The position numbers and the translations under genes were made by a program. DNA of 11,003 nt from Octopus sinensis (lineage: Eukaryota): assembly GCF_006345805.1 (NCBI RefSeq), contig NW_021827132.1, positions 1-11,003 on the forward strand, in the 5' to 3' direction. Below the pieces are notes generated by a model, which worked only from the letters and a program-made list of their open reading frames with translations, ran no database searches and had not been told where the DNA came from. Positions 1-9,096 of the stretch are shown here, one piece after another; position 1 is the stretch's first letter, and the number at the start of each line of letters is the position of its first letter.

Positions 1-225
1 TATGTTTGTGTATATGTTTGTGTGTCAGTGTTTGTTCCCTCAACATCGTTTGAGAAGCGATGCTGGTATGTTTATGTCCCCGTAACTTAGCGGTTCGGAA
101 AAAGAAACCGATAGAATAAGTACTAGGCTTACAAAGAATAAGTGATGGGGTCGATTTGCTTGACTAAAAGCGGTGCTCCAGCATGGCCACAGTCAAAACG
201 ACTGAAACAAGTAAAAGAGTAAAAG
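1..225 (+). mobile_element. 3' half of a tRNA-derived SINE (Octopus-type), cut by the window edge
   Basis: Closely matches 9680-9884, sharing ccgtaacttagcggttcgg, ccgatagaataagtactaggcttacaa, gtgctccagcatggcc and ctgaaacaagtaaaagagtaaaag. The complete copy at 9310-9884 carries a tRNA-like head. Confidence 0.85.
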
Positions 226-378
226 TGTAATAGAAAAATTACAACAGAATATATAAATATTTAAAAATTAGAAGATGAAAAATTTTGATAAAAACAGAAT
301 ATCAGCAACAAAGTTTTTCGGGTATTTTTTTTTTTTGATACGTGGATGAAAAAATATTATAGAAAAGTAATAAAAGGG

Positions 379-419
379 TAGAGAGAGAGAGAGGGGAGAG
401 GGTTAGAGAGAGTGTGTGT

Positions 420-488
<69 letters not shown>

Positions 489-670
489 TAGGCAGAGGGA
501 TAGAGAGAAAGAGTGATATGGAGCGATACAGAAAAGAGAAAAGTACGAACGGGAGAGAGGAAGAGAGTGGACAGGAGAAATAGAGAACCATAGAGTTAGA
601 GAGAGAGAGAGAGGGAGAGAGAGAGGAGAGAGTGAAGCGGGGGTGAGAAAGAAAGGAAGTGAGATAGAAA
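379..670. repeat. (GA)n/(GACA)n microsatellite and degenerate polypurine tract
   Basis: Pure (GA)n at ~423-465, then (GACA)n, then degenerate GA-rich sequence. Confidence 0.9.
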
Positions 671-960
671 AGAGTATATTTTTCAATAATTATCAAGGCA
701 GCAGACATTTTAAGGGAAAATAATACTAAAGAGAGAAAAAAATTCAACCTAAAATACAAATATTTGAAAAATAAAATTTAAATCAAAGAAGATAGAGGAA
801 TTTAAGGACTTTAAATATAATTATCCTTTACATCACACACCCCTATCTACCCTCTAAATAAGACCCAGAGTGTTTTTATTTAGTTTTTCTTCAAATTTCT
901 GTTTGAAACTTCAGTTTTGTTTAAAATGTCGTCTGTTTTTCCTTTAGTTTTTAAAGCGTC

Positions 961-1460
961 CCCTCTTTCTCTCAATCTTTCTCGCTCTTTTTCCCTCACT
1001 CTCTGTCTCTCTCTCCATTTCTCTGGTCCTCTCTCTCTCTCTCTCTCTCTTCCCTTCAGAAGCAGACGACCGACTCCAACCAGAATTAACACAGACTCAT
1101 TAGACCTTCAGAAATATTTAACAAAATCTCCTTTTCATCATTTAATTACCGCCATAGTTAGCAACTTTGACATAATTAATAATCATTAATATTTCCTCTC
1201 ACCTTCACCCTACCTCTTCTCCCTCCCTCTGTCACACACTTTCTCTGTGCCCCCTTCCATTACACTTCCCCCTCCATCTCGTCCTACTTTTATTAACACC
1301 ACCTTCTCCCTATTCCTCATCAACCCCTCTGTCTTTATCCCCTTCATCACCCCACTCTAGTTAAATTATAACTAACATTTTCCCACCATCTCTCTTATCT
1401 CCTCTCTCTCTCACCCTCTCTATATCTCTGTCTGTCTGTTTCTCTCCTTCTCTCCCCTAC
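961..1460. repeat. (CT)n and polypyrimidine low-complexity tracts, interrupted at ~1055-1195
   Basis: Visible (CT)n runs and C/T-rich degenerate sequence. Confidence 0.8.
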
Positions 1461-1462
1461 GG

Positions 1463-1735
1463 TATATATATATATATGTATGTATGTATATATTATACAT
1501 ACATCATACATACATACATACATCATATATATACACATATCACTATCTTTCACACACACACTCCCTCTCTGTATAATATATTATATATGTATATATATTA
1601 TATATATATATATATATATAATATATATATTATATATTATATTATATATATCTTATATATATATACATTATATATAACACATATTACTATCTCTCACACA
1701 ATCTCTCTCTCTCTCTCTCTCTCTCCTCTCTCACT
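1463..1735. repeat. Compound (TA)n/(TACA)n/(CA)n/(CT)n microsatellite
   Basis: Seen directly in the sequence. Confidence 0.9.
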
Positions 1736-1956
1736 CTACTTAAGATGTGTACGTCTCTTTTTCGTTCTGAATTGAATTTCTGCATAGGTCAGCTTTAAAT
1801 TTCATATCTTTAGTGCCGAAAAAATTAAATCCCAGCCATTCCTTAGAAACGCGGGTCTTGAACTCTGTGGCGAACCAGAGCAACGTTGTGATTTTGGTCA
1901 CTTATACACCATAGAAACCGGTTAATTGATCTTCTGAGACTGAGAGCTCAATAAAA

Positions 1957-2129
1957 TTTATATCCAAGAAAGAAAATTTCGAACGCCGCATAGCTGTGGA
2001 AACATCAGAAAAATTAGGTACTTAACCCTAAGAAAACGGAAAAAAACAATCTAACAGGGGACAGTTACGAAATCCGAACCCGTATACTTCAAATAACGCC
2101 TGAGTACTCTAACATTAAGGCGAACATTA
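1957..2129 (-). mobile_element. Decayed tRNA-headed SINE-like element (left arm of an inverted pair)
   Basis: The reverse complement aligns without gaps to 2325-2383 (41/59 by hand count) and to the downstream body (50/68). A B-box-like GGTTCGGATT is present on the minus strand. Confidence 0.6.
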
Positions 2130-2313
2130 ACCTCCCTTGAATTAAACGCCGACATCAACGTCCCTCAAATTTAACGTTAATAGCTTTTTGGGAATGCAAC
2201 AGCATTTTGTAAAGGAACTATGGGAAGCGTCGAATGTGTTTTGTATTTTACATACCAGGAAGTAAATTTCGAAAGCAGTAGCCGTTAAAACAGCAGAAAG
2301 ATTGTTGTAAGCT

Positions 2314-2483
2314 GGTGGTTTAGATTAATGGAAGAGCACTTAGCCGGTATCCGATGGGTATGGATTCGAGTCTCGTAGCCGTCTGTTGACAACATTTTCC
2401 GTCTTATTAGGGTAAAATACCCGATCTCTCAGCTGTTTTTACAGATGTATTGTGTTCGAAATAATATTTTCTTGTCTGTAAAA
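2314..2483 (+). mobile_element. Decayed tRNA-headed SINE-like element (right arm of an inverted pair)
   Basis: 2314-2384 has tRNA geometry: acceptor GGTGGTT/AGCCGTC (G-U rich), A-box-like TAGATTAATGG and T-loop TTCGAGT. The arms are mismatched, so it is not a functional tRNA. A ~100 bp body is shared with 1957-2059. Confidence 0.62.
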
Positions 2484-2520
2484 TACGAAACACATTCGAC
2501 GCATCCAAAAGTTTTGTATG

Positions 2521-2552
<32 letters not shown>

Positions 2553-2563
2553 TTATATATATA

Positions 2564-2674
2564 TATATAATATTATTAGAGACAAAACCACTATTTTGCA
2601 AAACAAACAAGGAAAGACTTATCAATACATAAAATTTTAATAAAAAGTGGTTTTGTCTCTAATAATATTATATA
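2564..2674. repeat. 29-bp perfect inverted repeat with 53-bp spacer (MITE-like or inverted retroelement end)
   Basis: 2564-2592 tatataatattattagagacaaaaccact is the exact reverse complement of 2646-2674. It abuts a (TA)n tract. Confidence 0.85.
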
Positions 2675-2748
2675 ATATTTTACTATAAAATTGGATTTAA
2701 TCCTAAATCTGATTTTTTCCCTGTAAATTTGGATTTATTCCCTAATTT

Positions 2749-2875
<127 letters not shown>

Positions 2876-3025
2876 TTCATCATGTCGAATTGCTGAACTC
2901 TACAACTGTTTTTCCTTCTATGTTTGTCTTCCCCTATGCCTTTCTGCTGAAGAGCGTAGGCTCGAAACATAAAACACACTTCCACATTTTTCCCGAGCGC
3001 CAAACTAATACTCTTCTTTGTTGCC
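2876..3025 (+). mobile_element. Short dispersed repeat, probable Penelope-like element terminal-repeat fragment
   Basis: Homologous to 8950-9100, including 24 identical nt (aggctcgaaacataaaacacactt at 2958-2981 and 9036-9059). It contains a hammerhead-like core and is flanked by (TA)n on both sides. The Penelope assignment is inference. Confidence 0.55.
2944..2971 (+). ncRNA. Minimal hammerhead-ribozyme-like core (probably degenerate)
   Basis: CTGCTGAA-GAGC-gtag-GCTC-GAAA-CA-TA: a CUGANGA-like box, a 4-bp hairpin, GAAA, then UH. No convincing stem I is visible. Confidence 0.4.
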
Positions 3026-3063
3026 TATATATATGTATATATATATATATATATGTATACATA

Positions 3064-3456
3064 GCTGTAGGCGTAGCGGTGTGGTTAGAAGCTCGTCTCT
3101 CAACCATATGGCTGCATATTCAGTCCCACTGCGTAGCACCTTAGGCAAGCATCTACTAAAATCTCGGCACGGACAAGGCCTTGTGAGTGGATTTGGTAGA
3201 CGGGAATTGAAAGAAGCCAGTTGCTTAGATATACATCTATGTGTGTATGTGAACTTGCGTCTGTTCTTGTTTCCTATTCCCACTCCATCCACGCCTGGTA
3301 TGTCTACATCCTGTAACCTAGTGCTTCGGCAAAACGGAATGATAGAAAAGGTATTCGGCTTTAAAAACTATATTTACTGGTGACGGTTCATTTGGCGAAA
3401 ATTTCTTAAAGGCAGTGCCCCAGCTTTGTTGCAATCTAACGACTGGAATAAGAAAG
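3064..3456 (+). mobile_element. Diverged full-length tRNA-derived SINE (same superfamily as 9310-9884)
   Basis: Shares the head (gtgtggttagaag...ttcagtcccactgcgtagcacctt), gccttgtgagtggatttggtagacgg, and the 3' motifs gtaaccta...ttcggcaaaa, gatagaa, gtgccccagc and gactg. Confidence 0.8.
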
Positions 3457-3619
3457 CCATAGAAGAAAGTATATGAATAAGTATAAATATATGTGTGTGT
3501 TACAGTCTTTGAATTTGATTATCCAACTGCAGGTCTATCTATATATCTGCCTGACTGATTCTGTCTCCACACACACACAAATTCAGAGAGAAATACAAGA
3601 ACTGAAAGCACTGCCCAAT

Positions 3620-3627
<8 letters not shown>

Positions 3628-3671
<44 letters not shown>

Positions 3672-3685
3672 TAGATAGATAGATA
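3628..3685. repeat. (TA)n(GATA)n microsatellite abutting the retrotransposon 3' end
   Basis: Seen directly in the sequence. Confidence 0.95.
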
Positions 3686-3692
3686 TGTTTTC

Positions 3693-3698
3693 TTTATT
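3693..3698 (-). promoter_or_regulatory. Polyadenylation signal AATAAA at the element 3' end
   Basis: tttatt on the plus strand, a few nt before the element meets the microsatellite. Confidence 0.6.
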
Positions 3699-3847
3699 AG
3701 CCACACAGGGCTGCACACAGATAGAACAAATTACAAGGTAGAGCTTTCTTTGAAGGTATTAAAAAAAAAAAAAAAAAAAAAAAAGGGAGGGAGGGTTCGA
3801 TCAAAAGGGATCGTAAAAGGAGAGAAAGAGGACAAAAATAAGGGGGG

Positions 3848-3880
<33 letters not shown>

Positions 3881-4089
3881 AGAGGAAAAAAAATGATCAA
3901 TAGGGATCGTTATCACAGAAATGTCAATATGAAGTGTAAAGGGGAGACACAGTGAGGTTTACCCGTGGAAAGAAAAGCCTGCGGAAAAGACCACGGTAAC
4001 CTCGGTCAATGAAGTCACATTTTATTTTCTTTTTTTTTTTTTTTTTTTTTTTTTGCAAATAAGCAACTCTCTGTTTTCGATTTCTGGGT

Positions 4090-7000
4090 TCATAGGACTA
4101 TGCTCAAGGTGGCTTCGTCATTCATACGTGCCATTCTTGCTACATTCACCCATCTTTTTTTTTTAAAACATTCGCTAGACAAAACTTGCCTCTCTACTCT
4201 CACTTTCCTTTCAAGTGGTACTTGAAGAAGTTGATGAGAGATTGACCAGAGAGGAAAGTGTTTGTCTCCAATCCTTTCAGACGCGTCCACCAGATACATT
4301 CTTTCGCCATAGCCACAAGGATGATGAAAATAGCTCTTCCTTCCCGTTTGAAGGAAGGAGGCGTGACAATATTGACGATAGACTCAGCTGATAAACCGAC
4401 TCGTCCCACACGTGACAGCAGTTGTTCGACATAAGCCCACAGGTCGGAAATTGTTGGACACTGAACGAGTGCGTGCAGAACGGTTTCGTCGCTCTGACCG
4501 CATCTCGGGCAGGTCGGCCCCGTGTTTCTCGAGCCGTGTCTGTAGAGCTTATCCCGAACGGGTAGCGCTTCTCGGTAGCACTGCCAGGCCAGGGATCTCT
4601 GGAAGTTGTCATGGGCCCTGGCCCGAAAGTCGTCCCGAACAGGCGGGTCAGGTACTCCTCGTCGACGTCCAGGTTCGCCCCGGAGCGTCGTCGTACCTCC
4701 CCTCCACTAAACCCCTATAGAATGCTTTGGTTGTGTTGAAGTCACTTAAGGTCGACCCAGGACGGCAGAGTTGCTTGAGAGCAACGCGACACTCGCGGTG
4801 CCATTCGCCCTTCCTCGGCCTCTTTTTGATCCACGACTGCAGTTCGGTCATGGAGACGAGCTGCGGGAAGCGTGCCTCACAAACGGCGACCACACCTGTT
4901 CACCGTCGTCTACATAGAGCCAGAGATGTCGCAGTCTCAGCGCGTGTCTGCGCATCATCAACCACGGCATGCCAGCCCTCCTTTTAACGGGTGTTGACAG
5001 CAAATGGATCGCCTGACCATCGGGACGCATCCTTTCCACAAGAAGCGAAAGAGGATGCGTTGTAGTTTGGTGATGGTAGGGTGGGACAAGGTACGACGGT
5101 CAGGCGGTAGTAGATGACGGACGCGATGTACGTGTTCGCCACCTCCGCTCGACCTTTTAGGGACAGTTTCCTCTCGGCCCATTGCCGGGCGAGAGTGACC
5201 ACCCTACTCGTTATCTCGTTCCAGTTCTTCTCCACTTGGAGGTCCGGACCAAACCAGACCCCGAGCAACTCAACCGGGCCGTCGGTCCAGCGTCCCACGA
5301 CGGAGGCGCTGGTGGACGGCATGGGCTTGCTTCTCCAGGTGCCTAGTCGCAAGCCCACTGACTTTTCCCGGTTGATTTTCGCTCCTGTCACCGCTTCGTA
5401 GTTTTTCAGTGTCTCGCCGACCAGCTCGATGTGCTCGTGGCTAGACACTATGACGGTGACGTCGTCCGCGTATGCAGACACGCTCGTCCCGCATCCCAAT
5501 TCTCGCGGGATGCCCCTTAGAGTCGCCAGCTTCCGCAGTAGTGGCTCAAGAGTCAATACGTATAGAAGCGCCGAGAGGGGGCATCCCTGACGGACCGAAC
5601 GTGCAATGTCGAAAGGTCTCGATAGATGTCCATTTACGCGAATTACCGAACGGATGCCTCTGTACAAGGCAGCTATCCAGCCGCGGAAGACGGGACCGAA
5701 CCAGCCGCTCTCAGGACTGCCTCCAAGTATCGATGTCTACCCTATCAAAGGCTTTTGATTGATCCAAGTTGATCAGGGCCCCACCCATGCCAGGTTCGTT
5801 AACTACCCTGTCTATGATGTAGCGCATCAGATGGAGGTTGTCATGGATGGTCCGGCCTGGCACGGCGCAATGTTTGCGCCTTGTCGACCAGTTTCTCGAT
5901 GACAAGCGCCAACCTCTTGGCTAGCACCTTGGCCAAAATTTTCAAGTCTGCATTAAGCAGAGTGATGGGCCTAAAGTTATCTATTACATTTCCCTTGTTT
6001 AGATCTTTCTTCAGCAGTGTTACGGCTCCTCGGCTCACAAAACCAGGAATGCTCCCGTTTTGCTGCCAGTTGCAGTACACCGCCGCCAAGAGATCTCCAA
6101 ACAAGTCTGGCATACAATTGTAAAGCTCGTAGGGTAGACCATCCAAACCCGGTGATTTGTCCCTCGAGCATTCTGCCATCGCTTCCCGCACTTCCGCCGC
6201 CGTGATGGCACCTTCGCAGCACCCTGCCTTTCTTGTCGAGAGTCGTGGTAGGCTATGTAGGTAGGCACTGAAGTCCACCCTACGTTCTTGCCCTCCACTC
6301 GTTCCGAACAGTCGGGCAAAATGCTGCTGAAAGGCCTCACACATTTTACTTGGCTCGAGCAATTCGCGCCCCTGTTCATCTACCAGTGACCGAATGGTGG
6401 CTTGTTGCCCTGTTGCGCCTCTGCCACCCGGCCTCTCTCGCGGCTCCAACACCTTCGTTCCTTAGAGCACGCATCCTAGCTCTGACAGCACATCCTTCGT
6501 GTTTGGCGTTGAAGTGTTGGTCGAGGGCCAACCTCGCCGCCAAAACGTCGGATGCGATGCCGCTTCTAATTGCCTCTTCTAGCTTCTTAACTAGCTCACC
6601 CTCTACTCTATTTCTATCTATGGCTAGTGCTTTGCTGTACCTAATCGCTTCTGCTTTTACTGCTCTCTTGAGGGCAAACCACCATTTGTTGTTGATGATG
6701 GCTCCCGTCAAAGCCCTCTTTACTAGTGTGCTAATCCGGTCTCTGAAAACTTGTCTCGATGGGAAAGACGCGTTTAGTTTCCAGTATCCGGGACCCTGCC
6801 TAAGTGTCTTACCTAAGTCTAGCGTACATGTCACAAGTTTGTGATCCGTGTAGCTGACTATGTGGAATTGTGGACATCCTATGCTATCTCTATCTACTGT
6901 CCTACACAGTATCCTATCTAGATACGATCTCGACGACCCGATGCGGTTGCTCCATGTCCACGTTGGCGCATTCGGGTGGTCTAGTCGAAACCTGTCAGAC

Positions 7001-7519
7001 AGTTGAAAGCGTCTGAGCAGGTCTCTGAGGCATTTGCATCCCCGTCTATTCCTATCTCTACCCACGTAGTCTACATGCGTGTCCAAGGTAGCATTCCAAT
7101 ACCCCACTAAGAGTAAAGGACGAGACGTTCCAAGAAAACTTCTAGACGTTGAAAGAAATCCGCCCGACCTGTTAAGGGCGGTGCGTAAACTGATACGAGC
7201 CGAAAAGCGCACCCATTGCTGCCGTCGACATCCAGGACGACCAGTCTACCCTCCGGGTCTACGAATATTGTCCTTACATTGAGATCCAGACTCTTGTGAA
7301 AAAGTACCGCGGTGCCACTACCGCCCATTCTCGGCAGACAGGGGGAAAAATAAATGTTGAACTGTCCGCCAAACATGGTCTTTAGGGCCCGCGGATTGTG
7401 GAGTCTGGTCTCGCTTATGGCTATGATTTCTAACTTATGTGACTTTATGTCATTTAAGAGGTACCCTTGTTTCCAAGGGACCCCAAGCCACGCGCATTTA
7501 CACAACCAATCTTGATCAT
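4090..7519 (-). pseudogene. ORF2: APE endonuclease, reverse transcriptase and CCHC zinc knuckle, frameshifted in this sequence
   Basis: Starts MIKIGCVNARGL at 7519. EN motifs: ISET, SVYAP, G[Y]WN, YLDRI, TDH. RT motifs: LDQSKAFDRVD, VRQGCPLS, YADD (5461-5472), LLGVWF. Knuckle CPRC-x8-H-x4-C at 4458-4511. Stop TGA at 4090-4092. The supplied minus-strand ORFs tile this protein across ~13 one-base shifts. Confidence 0.93.
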
Positions 7520-7550
7520 AGTTCTAATGAATTAGAATACAGAGGGTTAC

Positions 7551-7765
7551 TTACTGCTCGAAAGTTTTTGCTTTCTCCTCCGTTGGTTTGTCCTCGAGAA
7601 GATCCCAGTACAGTTTCTTTGTGAGATATTTTTGGCATTTACCAACCGCACTGGGGAAAATGCCTTTGAGTGTGTGGTGCAGACTTTTGGAGATGTGTAT
7701 TATTTTGATGTGGTCTGGTGGTGTTGTGTATGGGTGGTTGTTTGTTTTTATGTCATCTTCTGTTA
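7551..7765 (-). pseudogene. Probable C-terminal remnant of retrotransposon ORF1
   Basis: Stop-free non-repetitive ~71-codon frame (ITEDDIKTNN...KAKTFEQ*) ending 31 nt before the ORF2 ATG, the usual L1/Tx1 layout. No ORF1 motif was recognised. Confidence 0.45.
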
Positions 7766-7932
7766 TATACATACATACATACATACATACATACATACAT
7801 ACATACATACATACATACGTACATGCATGCATACATACATACATACATACATATATACATACATACATATATATATACATACATACATACATACATAAAT
7901 AGATAGATAGATAGATAGATAGATATATAGAT
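7764..7932. repeat. (TACA)n then (GATA)n microsatellite
   Basis: Seen directly. It separates the retrotransposon 5' end from the candidate Helitron. Confidence 0.95.
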
Positions 7933-7933
7933 A

Positions 7934-8826
7934 CTAGCTGACGTACATAGTAATTCCCGGGAAAGCGGGGCTTATCCCTTAGTTCCGTTGTCATAATTGT
8001 TCGCTAATTCAATAACAAGAATGCAAAGTAAGTAGGCCTTAAAACGGTTTTTGTACATTCACAGAGAATATCGAACTGTCTTACACAGGATCTTGGTTTT
8101 AGAAATTCCCAATAAGTTATGAATATCCAAATTGTGAAGTCAGTTATGTAATAACATGAAATCAGTTACCCAATAGTAAGAATTCAAATAAAGTATCCCT
8201 GAAAAGGGCTTTAATGCGTTCCCAGGGCATATAGGACATAGGAGGAAATACTAATACGGTATGTATTCTAAAATCGTGAAGCATGTTACGTAATAACAGG
8301 CTAATCAGATATAAGGTAATACCAATTGAAAGTAAATAACTCTGAAAAGGAATTTTTTTGTTCCCAGAGAATATTACCCTCAGGAGCGCTAGAGTTGCTA
8401 TATTCGTGAATATGTCACTAACCGAAATAAGTGGATCTATTGTTTAGGAAAATACTATGTACTTGTTTAAAGCTTGTATGGGATGAATTTCGAAAATAAC
8501 TCTAACAGTTCAAATACTGAGAAATAAGCATACTCAATTTCATGTTTACCAAATAATTTTGGCAAATGATTGGTTTATTTCGCTTAGCTATATATAACGA
8601 TTCCTTCCAGTGATGAATTGGTTATTTCCCTTGGATTTTAAAATAAAATATTTTAGATATATACGTATAGATCCTTTCCATGGGCACTGCTATCGGGTTC
8701 TTTTCAAGAATCTGAGCATGCCATGAGGTTTCCATGTGTCATTTATCATCAAAATCAATAAAACGATGTAGGGGAAGATCAATTCCACAAAGACACCCAC
8801 AGACAATTTCCCACATACGTAGTAGA
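7934..8826 (-). mobile_element. Candidate non-autonomous Helitron
   Basis: The minus strand reads A|TCTACTAC ... CAGCTAG|T, which fits a 5'-TC, a 3'-CTAG and an A/T target. A GC-rich palindrome ttcccgggaa (7954-7963) lies near the 3' end. There is no coding capacity, there are internal subrepeats, and microsatellites start at both borders. Confidence 0.5.
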
Positions 8827-8827
8827 T

Positions 8828-8950
8828 GTGTATTTATATATATATACATATACATACACATATACTATATATATATACATACACACATGCACACACGCAC
8901 ACACACACACGCACACACACGCACACACACGCACATATATATATATATAT
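8828..8950. repeat. (TA)n/(CA)n compound microsatellite
   Basis: Seen directly in the sequence. Confidence 0.9.
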
Positions 8951-9096
8951 TCGCAATGTTGGACGCTAAATTGAACATCGTTTTTTCATTCTCTTTGTTT
9001 ATTCTCGATTATATACCCTTTCTGCGGAAGAACGGAGGCTCGAAACATAAAACACACTTTCGCTTTTTCCCGGGCGTCAAACTGGTACACTTGCTT

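Larger units (their letters stand above)
3686..7765 (-). mobile_element. Non-LTR retrotransposon, L1/Tx1 group, 5'-truncated
   Basis: GC-richer island encoding APE, RT and CCHC domains in order. The ~400 bp 3' UTR ends AATAAA-GAAAAC. No LTRs are visible. Tx1-like motifs include GPGYWKLN, KSPGLDGLPYELY and NFRPITLLNADLKILAK. Boundaries are approximate. Confidence 0.92.

Noticed and set aside
379-1053. Long hairpin between the (GA)n and (CT)n tracts
   Set aside because: The complementarity is only simple-repeat, which is expected by chance at this microsatellite density.
357-1775. ORFs rich in SL, ER or YI dipeptides
   Set aside because: These are translations of (CT)n/(GA)n/(TA)n microsatellites with no domain-like sequence.
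2314-2384. Functional tRNA gene
   Set aside because: The D, anticodon and T stems are mismatched, and the inverted partner has a different anticodon-position triplet (GGT vs GTT). It is better explained as a decayed tRNA-derived head.
4412-7282. Plus-strand ORFs such as 6350-6844 and 5114-5401
   Set aside because: They are antisense shadows of the GC-rich ORF2 and have no recognisable motifs.
4090-7519. Bacterial RT system (retron, group II intron, DGR) or programmed frameshifting
   Set aside because: The APE-RT-CCHC architecture, AATAAA and eukaryotic repeat context indicate an L1/Tx1 LINE. About 13 scattered shifts without a shared slippery motif do not fit recoding.
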